A stretch of 32,000 nt of DNA from Cupriavidus necator (GCF_016127575.1 NZ_CP066018.1:1290001-1322000), one strand, 5' to 3'. Counted from the stretch's first letter, positions 8,995 through 16,779 are shown. Numbers and translations: made by a program. Notes: generated by a model from the letters alone, not told the origin.

Positions 8995-9291
8995 TTACAG
9001 GCGCAACTGGACGTAGTCCCAGTCCAGCCCGTCGGCGCTGCCCTGCGGCGTGCTGCCCTGCGCGACGATGCGCATGGCATCGCCGGCATGCCGGTCGGCC
9101 AGCGTGAACAGGCCGCCAGAATCCAGCGCCAGCTTCGCGGCCGCGGCAGTGGCCGCGCCGCGCGAGCCCGATTGCGCAGCCTCGGCGGCGGGCACGGCGG
9201 GACGGATGCAAAGGAAGGCCGTCGCGGCGGCCAGCGCGGCCAGCAGGCCGCCTGTGGCCAGCACGACACGGCGGGTCTTGTAATGGACCAT
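8995..9291 (-). CDS. Hypothetical small exported or membrane-anchored protein (98 aa)
   Basis: The ATG at 9289-9291 has a GGAGA 7 nt upstream. The N-terminus MVHYKTRRVVLATGGLLAALAAATAFLCI looks like a signal peptide or anchor. GC3 is high. I recognise no family. Confidence 0.55.
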   Translation of the reverse strand: MVHYKTRRVVLATGGLLAALAAATAFLCIRPAVPAAEAAQSGSRGAATAAAAKLALDSGGLFTLADRHAGDAMRIVAQGSTPQGSADGLDWDYVQLRL

Positions 9292-9504
9292 TCGATTTCT
9301 CCTGCCAGTGAGTTGAGTGGGATGCGGTGGCTCCCGCACCGGTCAATCGACCGTCAAGGTGACGAAGGGTCGCATTGTCGGGCCGTTGCGCGCCAGCGTG
9401 CTTACCAATGCTTACGCTCCTTACCCGCATGTGGCAGCCGGATACGTACGGATATGTGAAATCCGTTCCCGCCAGGGGCGGAAACTGGCCCACAGACGCA
9501 AAAA

Positions 9505-9524
9505 GGGCGCACCGTGGTGCGCCC
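9505..9524 (-). terminator. Intrinsic terminator downstream of hslU
   Basis: The hairpin is gggcgcac-cgtg-gtgcgccc. On the minus strand it is followed by TTTTT. Confidence 0.65.
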
Positions 9525-9548
9525 CTCCCGCATTCCGCCCGTATTGCC

Positions 9549-10880
9549 TTACAGCACGTAGCGCGACAAATCCTCATTGACCGCCAGGTCACCCAGGCGC
9601 TCATCGACATATGCCGCGTTGATCGTCACGGTCTCGCCCGACGACTTGGTCGCATGGAACGACAGGTCTTCCAGCAGCCGCTCCATCACCGTGTACAGCC
9701 GGCGCGCGCCGATGTTCTCCACCTTCTCATTGACCGAGAAGGCGATCTCCGCCAGCCGGCGGATGCCGTCATCGGCAAACACCAGGTCGACCGATTCCGT
9801 GCTCAGCAGCGCCTGGTACTGCTTGGTCAGGCTCGCATCGGTCTGCGTCAGGATAGCCTCGAAGTCCTGCACGGACAGCGAATCCAGCTCGACCCGGATC
9901 GGGAAGCGGCCCTGCAGTTCGGGAATCAGGTCGCTCGGCTTGGACAGGTGGAACGCACCCGAGGCAATGAACAGGATGTGGTCCGTCTTGATCATGCCGT
10001 ACTTGGTGCTCACCGTGGTGCCTTCCACCAGCGGCAGCAGGTCGCGCTGCACGCCCTGGCGCGACACCTCGCCGCCGCCGATCTCGCTGCGGCTGGCGAT
10101 CTTGTCGATCTCGTCCAGGAACACGATGCCGTTCTGCTCGACATTGGCGATGGCCTTGTGCTTGAGCTCCTCGTCATTGACCAGCTTGGCGGCCTCTTCG
10201 TCGATCAGCAGCTTGAAGGCTTCCTTGACCTTCATCTTGCGGCGCGCCTTCTTGCCCTGGCCCAGCCCGGCAAACATGGTGCGGATCTGCTCGGTCATGT
10301 CTTCCATGCCCGGCGGGCCCATGATGTCCATGCTCGGCATGCCGGCGGAGAGTTCCAGCTCGATTTCCTTGTCGTCGAGCGAGCCTTCGCGCAGCTTCTT
10401 GCGGAACACCTGGCGCGTGTTGGAATCCTTCTCTTCCGGCTGCGAGAAACCGATATCGCGCGCCGGCGGCAGCAATACATCGAGCAGGCGGTCCTCGGCC
10501 GCGTCCTCGGCCTTGGTGCGCACCTTCTTCATCTCGGACTCGCGCGTCTGCTTGATCGCCATCTCGGCCAGGTCGCGCACGATGGTGTCGACATCGCGGC
10601 CGACATAGCCCACCTCGGTGAACTTGGTGGCCTCGATCTTGATGAAGGGCGCGTCGGCCAGCTTGGCCAGGCGGCGCGCGATCTCGGTCTTGCCGACCCC
10701 GGTCGGGCCGATCATCAGGATGTTCTTGGGAGTGATTTCCTGGCGCAGGGGCTCGGCCACCTGCTGGCGGCGCCAGCGGTTGCGCAGCGCCACCGCCACG
10801 GCCTTCTTGGCCTTGTTCTGGCCGATGATGTGCTTGTCGAGTTCGGAAACGATTTCCGACGGGGTCATGGTGTGCGACAT
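9549..10880 (-). CDS. hslU: ATP-dependent protease ATPase subunit HslU
   Basis: 443 aa. The sequence contains [29 protein letters not shown], the Walker A motif [15 protein letters not shown] and the IFIASGAFH motif. Confidence 0.97.
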
Positions 10881-10930
10881 GGTATCCGTTCAGTGGGGGC
10901 GCGCCGGCCTGCGCGGTGGCCGGCCTGCGC

Positions 10931-11467
10931 TTATTCCAGCGTCTCGATGACGAAGTTGGTGTTGGTATAGATGCAGAGCTCGCCGGCAATGGTCAGCGCC
11001 TTCTCGACCACGTCCTTGGGCGCCATTTCGGTGTTCTCGGCCAGCGCCTTGGCGGCCGACTGCGCATACGCGCCGCCCGAGCCGATCGCGGCGATGCCGC
11101 CCTCGGGGTCGAGCACGTCGCCGTTGCCGGTGATGACCAGCGTGGTGTCGCGGTCGGCGGTGATCAGCATGGCTTCCAGCCGGCGCAGGGCGCGGTCCGA
11201 ACGCCAGTCCTTGGCCAGGTCGACCGCGGCGCGGGTCAGGTTGCCCTGGTACTTTTCCAGCTTGGCCTCGAAGCGGTCCAGCAGCGAGAAGGCATCGGCG
11301 GTGCTGCCGGCAAACCCGACCAGGACCTTGCCGTTGTAGATGCGGCGCACCTTGCGCGCGGTGCCCTTCATCACGATATTGCCGAGAGTGACCTGACCAT
11401 CACCGCCGAGTGCGACCTGATTGCCGCGGCGGACGCTGACGATGGTAGTGCCGTGATACTGTTCCAT
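10931..11467 (-). CDS. hslV: ATP-dependent protease subunit HslV
   Basis: 178 aa. The N-terminus is [27 protein letters not shown], with the N-terminal catalytic Thr context. Confidence 0.97.
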   Translation of the reverse strand: MEQYHGTTIVSVRRGNQVALGGDGQVTLGNIVMKGTARKVRRIYNGKVLVGFAGSTADAFSLLDRFEAKLEKYQGNLTRAAVDLAKDWRSDRALRRLEAMLITADRDTTLVITGNGDVLDPEGGIAAIGSGGAYAQSAAKALAENTEMAPKDVVEKALTIAGELCIYTNTNFVIETLE

Positions 11468-11492
11468 GGTGGCTTCCGTGAATATGTCAGGA

Positions 11493-11526
11493 CCCTAGTT
11501 GGCGACGCCCCCGGCGGGTTTCAAGG
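11493..11526 (-). promoter_or_regulatory. Candidate sigma-32 (heat-shock) promoter of hslVU
   Basis: The minus strand reads CCTTGAAA-cccgccgggggcgtcg-CCAACTAG. The -35 element matches the CTTGAAA consensus exactly. The -10 element is only a partial match to CCCCATNT. Confidence 0.35.
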
Positions 11527-11605
11527 CCCTCGCCTGCACCGGGCGCGGTCTGACCAATATAGGATGCCTGCCGCCACGTTGCCCGGCGCCGCGCCCAAAC
11601 AAAAA

Positions 11606-11629
11606 GGGCCATGCGTTGCCGCATGGCCC
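11606..11629 (-). terminator. Intrinsic terminator downstream of the Bug/TctC gene
   Basis: The hairpin is gggccatgcg-ttgc-cgcatggccc. On the minus strand it is followed by TTTTTGTTT. Confidence 0.65.
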
Positions 11630-11685
11630 TTGTCCGCGACGCGCGGGGCCACTGGCCCGCGCGCCTCGCGCATCACTCCACCAGA

Positions 11686-12672
11686 TCAGTCCGCATACAC
11701 GCCGGCCTTCTTGATCACCGGGGTCCACTTGTTGATCTCGGCGGTCAGGAGGGTGCGCAGCGAATCCGGCGTGGCGCGCTGTGCCGGCGCGGCTTCGGCG
11801 CCCAGCTCGGCCATCTTGGAGCGGAAGGTCGGGTCGGCCACGGCCTTCTGCAGCGCAGCCGACAGCTTGTCGATCACCGGCTTGGGCGTGCCCTTGGGCG
11901 CGTACATGGCGTGCCAGACCTTCACTTCCACGCCCGGCAGGCCTTGCTCGGCCGCCGTCGGGATATCCTTGAACGCTTCCACGCGGCGTGCCTGCATGGC
12001 CGCGTACGGCTTGACCGAGTTGGCCTTGAGGTGGCCTGCGAGATTGGTGGTCTGGTCGCACAGCAGGTTGACCTGGCCGCCCAGGATATCGGTTAGTGCC
12101 GGCGCGGCGCCCTTGTACGGCACGGTGGTCAGTTCGGTCTGGATCGCGCTCTGGAACAGCAGGCCGCACAGGTGCGAAGCCGAGCCGATGCCGGCATTGG
12201 CCAGCGACAGCTTGCTGGCGTTGGCCTTGAGGTACGGCAGCAGGTCCTTGAAGGTGTTTGGCGGCAGCTGCTTGTTGCCGACCAGGATCATCGGCACGTC
12301 GGCGATTTCGCCGACCATCTCGAAGTCCTTGAGCGGATCGAAGCCCAGGTTGCGGTACAGCGCCGGGGCCGTGGCCATGCCGATATGGTGGATCAGCAGG
12401 GTGTGGCCGTCGTTCTTGGCCTGGGCCACCTTCTTGGCGCCGATGGTGCCGCCGGCGCCGCCGAGGTTCTCGATGATCATGGTCGCGCCCAGATGCTTGG
12501 ACATGATCGCGGTCAGCTCGCGCGAGAGCTTGTCGGTCGGACCACCCGCGGCAAACGGCACCACCGCCGACACCGGCTTGCCGCCAGGATATTCCTGGGC
12601 GTACGCGCCCGACGCCACACCCATTGCGCTGACTGCCAGCGCGGCCGCGACCATCTTTATTACTCGTTTCAT
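11686..12672 (-). CDS. Bug-family (TctC-like) tripartite tricarboxylate transporter substrate-binding protein
   Basis: The ATG at 12670-12672 has a GGAGAA upstream. The signal peptide is MKRVIKMVAAALAVSAMGVASGAYAQ. The sequences PVSAVVPFAAGGPTD and VPYKGAAPALTDILGGQV are typical of the Bug family. The 514-aa track ORF is an artefactual upstream extension. Confidence 0.85.
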   Translation of the reverse strand: MKRVIKMVAAALAVSAMGVASGAYAQEYPGGKPVSAVVPFAAGGPTDKLSRELTAIMSKHLGATMIIENLGGAGGTIGAKKVAQAKNDGHTLLIHHIGMATAPALYRNLGFDPLKDFEMVGEIADVPMILVGNKQLPPNTFKDLLPYLKANASKLSLANAGIGSASHLCGLLFQSAIQTELTTVPYKGAAPALTDILGGQVNLLCDQTTNLAGHLKANSVKPYAAMQARRVEAFKDIPTAAEQGLPGVEVKVWHAMYAPKGTPKPVIDKLSAALQKAVADPTFRSKMAELGAEAAPAQRATPDSLRTLLTAEINKWTPVIKKAGVYAD

Positions 12673-12967
12673 GCTCTCTTCTCCTGATTCCCTTTGATAC
12701 CCGTCTTGCAATGCGTTGCCGCCGGCCCGGCCCCTGCTTGTGCGGGGCGCATCTGGCGCGGTCTCTGTGGCGGCGCTCTTGGACCATGCCGGCTGGCTCG
12801 GCTGCCCCTGCCGTAAAACGGCAAGGGCGGGCCTTGATGTTAGCAACTCCAGACAATACGCAGGTATAGGGGCTAACCCGCTTGCAATCAGCCGCATATG
12901 GCGGGAAACGGGGAGGATATGGCAGAGATCGGATGCAAAGGCATGCGTTTGTGACACCCGGTGCGGC

Positions 12968-13867
12968 CTAACGGAAGAAACCGAGCATTTCCTCAAGCAG
13001 AGGTTCGGCGGCCTCTTCCGGGATGTAGTGCCCGCACGGCAGCGCCTGGCCGCTGATGTCGGTCGCCACCTCCTGCCAAAGCGCCAGCGGCTCGAAGCAG
13101 CGCGCCACCACGCCGTGCTCGCCCCACAGCACGCGCAGCGGCAGCGCCAGCCGGCGCCCGGCCTCGCGGTCGGCGCGGTCGTGCTCCAGGTCGATGGTGG
13201 CGGCGGCGCGGTAGTCCTCGCACATGGCATGCACGCGCGCCGGGTCGCGCATCGCCGCGGTGTAGGCAGCCATGGCGTCGGGGGCGAAGGGCGTCAGGCC
13301 CGCGTGGCGCAGGCCCATCAGCTTCTCGATGTAGAAATCGGGCTCGGCGTTGATCAGCGTCTCGGGGAACGGCGCCGGCTGGATCAGGAAGAACCAGTGC
13401 CAGTAGGCGGCGGCAAAGGCCATGCTGGTGCGCTCGTACATCGCCAGCGTGGGCGCGATGTCCAGCAGCATGGCGCGGCTGACCGCGTCCGGATGGTCCA
13501 TGCACAGCCGGTGCGCGACGCGGGCACCGCGGTCGTGGCCGCACAGCGCAAAGCGCTCGAAACCGAACGCCGTCATCAGCGACACCTGGTCCTGCGCCAT
13601 GGTGCGCTTGCTGTAGTGCTCGTGGCCGGCATTGCCGGGCGGGGCCGAGCTGCTGCCGTAGCCGCGCAGGTCGGTGGCGATCACCGTGAAGTGATCGGCC
13701 AGCGCCGGCGCCACCCGGTGCCAGATCAGGTGGCTCTGCGGGTGCCCGTGCAACAGCAGCAGCGGCGGTCCCGAACCGCCGCGCACGCCGGCGATCTCGA
13801 CCTCGCCGACACGCTGCCGGAAGGGTTCGAAGTTCGGGAACAGCAGCGCGCTGGCGTCATTCAGCAT
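12968..13867 (-). CDS. Alpha/beta hydrolase of the haloacetate (fluoroacetate) dehalogenase family
   Basis: 299 aa, colinear with DehH1/FAc-DEX-type enzymes. Matching stretches are LLLLHGHPQ, GHDRGARVAHR (Asp nucleophile plus two Arg), YWHWFF (His-Trp), CEDYRAAATID (Tyr) and PCGHYIPEE (His). Confidence 0.8.
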   Translation of the reverse strand: MLNDASALLFPNFEPFRQRVGEVEIAGVRGGSGPPLLLLHGHPQSHLIWHRVAPALADHFTVIATDLRGYGSSSAPPGNAGHEHYSKRTMAQDQVSLMTAFGFERFALCGHDRGARVAHRLCMDHPDAVSRAMLLDIAPTLAMYERTSMAFAAAYWHWFFLIQPAPFPETLINAEPDFYIEKLMGLRHAGLTPFAPDAMAAYTAAMRDPARVHAMCEDYRAAATIDLEHDRADREAGRRLALPLRVLWGEHGVVARCFEPLALWQEVATDISGQALPCGHYIPEEAAEPLLEEMLGFFR

Positions 13868-13963
13868 GGGTCGTCTCCGCTTCTAAGGGTCGTCCTGTGC
13901 CGATCATAGGCGCAAACCGCCTCATCGGCGTGGCTGCGCCGGCTTCGCCATTCGGCCAGCTGA

Positions 13964-13983
13964 CGCAACTGAATTGCATCAAC
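13964..13983 (+). promoter_or_regulatory. Candidate Zur operator, copy 1
   Basis: The sequence is cGCAACtgaaTTGCAtCAAC, with the dyad GCAA-N5-TTGC. It is identical at 15 of 20 positions to a second copy at 16867-16886 upstream of the other COG0523 gene. It overlaps a TTGCAT -35 element. Confidence 0.45.
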
Positions 13984-14002
13984 CGGGGGCCTATGGTTAA
14001 AT
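13974..14002 (+). promoter_or_regulatory. Candidate sigma-70 promoter of zur (TTGCAT-N17-TTAAAT)
   Basis: The -35 element is at 13974-13979 and the -10 element at 13997-14002, with a 17-nt spacer. The -10 ends 6 nt before the zur ATG and there is no Shine-Dalgarno sequence. Confidence 0.35.
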
Positions 14003-14008
14003 CCGCCC

Positions 14009-14545
14009 ATGACCCGTCCCAGTCCGGACCGGCCGGCCGCTGTGCCGGAACCGGCGATCCCCACCCCTGAGTCCCTGGAAGCCGCCCACGAGCGCCTGCG
14101 CCAGCTGGGCGCGCGCGTGACCCAGCCGCGGCTGTGCATCCTGGCCTGCCTGATCGGCAGCGAAGAGGCGCTGACGCACCAGGCCGTGATCGACCGCCTG
14201 CCCGAACCGGGCGAGACCATAGACCGCGTCACCGTCTACCGCGTGCTGGACTGGCTGGTGGAACAGGGCGTGGCGCAGAAGCGTGCCGGCAACGACCGCG
14301 TGTTCCGCTTCAGCCTTGTTGAACACGAGGCCGCGCGCGCGCAGGAGCACCGCCAGCACAGCCATTTCCACTGCACCCGCTGCGACCGCACCTTCTGCCT
14401 GGACGATGCCAGCGCGCCGGCTCCGCCGGCCGCGCCGCGCGTGCCCAGCGGCTTTGCCATCGAACATGTCGAACTGACCGTAAACGGCGTCTGCGCCGAG
14501 TGCGGCAAGCGTGCGCCCGCCTCGCCTGGCGGCGCTTCGCACTGA
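14009..14545 (+). CDS. zur: Fur-family zinc uptake regulator (Zur)
   Basis: 178 aa. The DNA-binding part reads RVTQPRLCILACL...TVYRVLDWLVEQGV. The metal sites are HSHFHCTRCDRTFC and NGVCAECG. It sits directly upstream of a COG0523 GTPase gene. Confidence 0.8.
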   Translation: MTRPSPDRPAAVPEPAIPTPESLEAAHERLRQLGARVTQPRLCILACLIGSEEALTHQAVIDRLPEPGETIDRVTVYRVLDWLVEQGVAQKRAGNDRVFRFSLVEHEAARAQEHRQHSHFHCTRCDRTFCLDDASAPAPPAAPRVPSGFAIEHVELTVNGVCAECGKRAPASPGGASH

Positions 14546-14575
14546 ACGGCAATCTCTCATACCCGGAGAACAACA

Positions 14576-15676
14576 ATGTCCAAACTGACCCCGGTCACGA
14601 TCCTGACCGGCTTTCTCGGCAGCGGCAAGACCACCCTGCTCAAGCGCATCCTGAACGAGCAGCACGGCATGAAGATCGCCGTGATCGAGAACGAGTTCGG
14701 CGAAGAGAACATCGACAACGAGATCCTGGTGCAGGACGGCCGCGAGCAGATCGTGCAGATGAGCAACGGCTGCATCTGCTGCACCATCCGCGGCGATCTG
14801 GTGCAGGCGCTGTCGACGCTGCTGACGCGCCGCGACGCCGGCGAGATCGACTTCGACCGCGTGGTGATCGAGACCACGGGCGTGGCCAACCCGGGCCCGG
14901 TGGCGCAGACCTTCTTCATGGACGAGGAAATTGCCTCGCGCTACCTGCTCGACGCGGTGATCACGCTGGTCGACGCCAAGCATGCCCACCTGCAGCTGGA
15001 CAAGCAGGAAGAGGCGCAGCGCCAGGTTGGCTTTGCCGACGCCATCTTCATCACCAAGTCCGACCTGGTGACCGAAGCCGACGTGGCCGAGCTGCGCCAC
15101 CGCCTGCTGCACATGAACCCGCGCGCGCCGATCCGTCTGGTCAACTTCGGCGAGGCGCCGATCGACACCATCTTCGACCTGCGCGGCTTCAACCTGAACG
15201 CCAAGCTGGAGATCGACCCGGAATTCCTGCGCGCCGACGACCATGACCACGATCATGACCATGAGCATGAGCATGGCGAGCATTGCGGCGACGACTGCGG
15301 CCATGACCACGGGCACGACCATGCGCACGGCCATGGCCACGCGCACGACCACCACCACCACCACCACCACCACCACCATACCGACCGCATTGCGTCGTTC
15401 GTCTTCCGCAGCGACAAGCCCTTCCACTACGGCAAGCTGGAGGAATTCCTGTCCGGCATCCTGGCCGTATACGGGGAAAAACTGCTGCGCTACAAGGGCG
15501 TACTATATATGGACGGTGTGGACCGCAAAGTGGTGTTCCAGGGGGTCCACCAGCTGATGGGCAGCGACATCGGCGCCAAGTGGGAGGAAGAGACCCCGGG
15601 CACGCGCATGGTGTTCATCGGCGTGGACCTGCCCCGCGACGCCATCCTCAAGGGCCTGGAGAACTGCCTGGCCTGA
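14576..15676 (+). CDS. COG0523 (CobW/ZigA-like) zinc metallochaperone GTPase with an internal His-rich tract
   Basis: Walker A is GFLGSGKTTLL. The canonical CxCC motif is present (NGCICCT). Further motifs are IETTG and TKSD. The tract DDHDHDHDHEHEHGEHCGDDCGHDHGHDHAHGHGHAHDHHHHHHHHHH lies between the GTPase and CobW_C domains. A GGAGAA Shine-Dalgarno sequence lies 6 nt upstream. Confidence 0.88.
   Translation: MSKLTPVTILTGFLGSGKTTLLKRILNEQHGMKIAVIENEFGEENIDNEILVQDGREQIVQMSNGCICCTIRGDLVQALSTLLTRRDAGEIDFDRVVIETTGVANPGPVAQTFFMDEEIASRYLLDAVITLVDAKHAHLQLDKQEEAQRQVGFADAIFITKSDLVTEADVAELRHRLLHMNPRAPIRLVNFGEAPIDTIFDLRGFNLNAKLEIDPEFLRADDHDHDHDHEHEHGEHCGDDCGHDHGHDHAHGHGHAHDHHHHHHHHHHTDRIASFVFRSDKPFHYGKLEEFLSGILAVYGEKLLRYKGVLYMDGVDRKVVFQGVHQLMGSDIGAKWEEETPGTRMVFIGVDLPRDAILKGLENCLA
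15350..15376 (+). repeat. (CAC)9 trinucleotide run encoding poly-His
   Basis: Nine consecutive CAC codons plus one CAT codon (to 15379) lie inside the COG0523 gene. Confidence 0.95.
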
Positions 15677-15926
15677 GTGCACCAGTCGCCCCATCGGCGA
15701 CGCCCCCTCGAACCCCGCTCCGCGGCCGCCCCCCGTTCGGGGTACCGGGGAAATACCGAAGCGCCAGCCGGTTTTCCCCGTATCTCGGAAAAATTTGTTC
15801 AAGTACAATAGGCCGGATTTGATACCGGTGGCGCACCTTTTTCCCGCTGCCGGCATTTGGTCCATCGGATCTGGTGGACTTGCAGGGCGGCGGTTGTCGT
15901 CAGCATGAGGCAGGCCGCCGGCAGGT

Positions 15927-15961
15927 GCGGTCGCAGTGCTTCGTGCGGAGACCGCCTTTTT
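15927..15961 (+). terminator. Terminator-like hairpin plus T-run in the COG0523-dksA spacer
   Basis: The hairpin is gcggtc-gca-(gtgcttcg)-tgc-gga-gaccgc, followed by cTTTTT. It is imperfect, so its function is uncertain. Confidence 0.3.
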
Positions 15962-16019
15962 CCGCCTGGGGTGCCCCGACGCGCGCCGTCACTGACTGAC
16001 GCGAGAGAGAGGTGTCCCC

Positions 16020-16706
16020 ATGACAGCCGCAACGAAGACGAAAGAAAGCCGCAGCAAGACTGGTACTGCAGCGGCAGAGACGCTCAAGGCGCAGCCTGTG
16101 AAGGCAGCGCCCGCTCCCCGCGGCAGTACGGCGAACGCCGAAGCGGGCGCAACGAAGGGAGGCCCGCGAAGCAGCAAGACTGCAGCCAGCCAGAGTGAAA
16201 CAACCGAGGCGCGCAAGCGCGCGGACAGCGCACCCGAGCGGACCCGGACGCCGCCGGCCGCATCAACAAGAGAATCAGCAGCAACCATGAGCAGCAACAA
16301 ACTTCTGACTGAAGCTGAAATCCTGAAGATGAGCGACAAGGATTACATGAACGAAGCGCAGCTCGCCTTCTTCAAGCACCGTCTTGAGCAGCTGCGCGAC
16401 GAAATCCTGAAGAACGCTGACCAGACCACGGAACACCTGCGCGAAACGGTCATCGTGCCGGACCCGGCCGACCGTGCCACCATCGAGGAAGAGCATGCGC
16501 TGGAACTGCGCACGCGCGACCGCGAACGCAAGCTGCTGAAGAAGGTGGAGCAGTCGCTGCAGCGCATCGAGTCCGGCGACTACGGCTGGTGCGAGGAAAC
16601 CGGCGAGCCGATCGGCGTGCCGCGCCTGCTGGCCCGTCCCACCGCCACGCTGTCGCTGGAAGCGCAGCAACGCCGCGAACTGCGCCAGAAGCTGTTCGGC
16701 GACTGA
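16020..16706 (+). CDS. dksA: DksA-family RNA polymerase-binding factor lacking the 4-Cys zinc finger (alternative start 16287)
   Basis: The core KDYMNEAQLAFFKHRLEQLRDEI...PDPADRATIEEEHALELRTRDRERKLLKKVEQSLQRIESGDYGWCEETGEPIGVPRLLARPTATLSLEAQ is colinear with E. coli DksA. Only the first of the four zinc-finger Cys positions is retained. The first 89 codons are low-complexity with GC3 of about 65%, against about 83% in the core. Confidence 0.8.
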   Translation: MTAATKTKESRSKTGTAAAETLKAQPVKAAPAPRGSTANAEAGATKGGPRSSKTAASQSETTEARKRADSAPERTRTPPAASTRESAATMSSNKLLTEAEILKMSDKDYMNEAQLAFFKHRLEQLRDEILKNADQTTEHLRETVIVPDPADRATIEEEHALELRTRDRERKLLKKVEQSLQRIESGDYGWCEETGEPIGVPRLLARPTATLSLEAQQRRELRQKLFGD

Positions 16707-16748
16707 TACGCCGCGCGCCGGCACGGACGGTGCGGCAGGCGTAACGTG

Positions 16749-16779
16749 ACGGCCCGGTTACCCGGGCCGTTTGCTTTGG
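16749..16779 (+). terminator. Intrinsic terminator downstream of the dksA-like gene
   Basis: A perfect 9-bp stem acggcccgg-ttac-ccgggccgt is followed by ttgctttgg. Confidence 0.7.

Noticed and set aside
12699-12716. GGCAACGCATTGCA (minus strand) upstream of the Bug gene as a sigma-54 promoter, or as a third copy of the candidate Zur dyad
   Set aside because: The GG to GC spacing is 9 nt rather than the 10 nt required for a -24/-12 promoter. The dyad is GCAA-N4-TTGC, not N5, and it lacks the flanking CAAC block shared by the two Zur-box candidates.
11686-13230. Upstream-extended versions of real genes in the ORF track. Examples are 514 aa for the Bug protein, 22597-23646 for YbaK, 23139-24317 for HMG-CoA lyase, 24112-25161 for GhrA, 27250-28413 for BioB and 20975-22072 for the MBL hydrolase.
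   Set aside because: In each case an internal ATG with a good Shine-Dalgarno sequence gives the canonical N-terminus. The extension is Arg/Pro-rich, overlaps the upstream gene or spacer, and has no homology-like features.
13997-15427. 476-aa minus-strand ORF containing a poly-Val run
   Set aside because: The poly-Val run is simply the reverse-complement reading of the (CAC)9 His tract. The ORF is antisense to zur and the COG0523 gene and has no recognisable domains.
15788-15827. AT-rich stretch upstream of the dksA-like gene as an AT-rich (gammaproteobacterial-type) Zur box
   Set aside because: TTGTTCAAGTACAA is only weakly palindromic. It matches neither the remembered TGTTATAnTATAACA-type consensus nor the GCAAC/TTGCA motif found twice elsewhere in the island.
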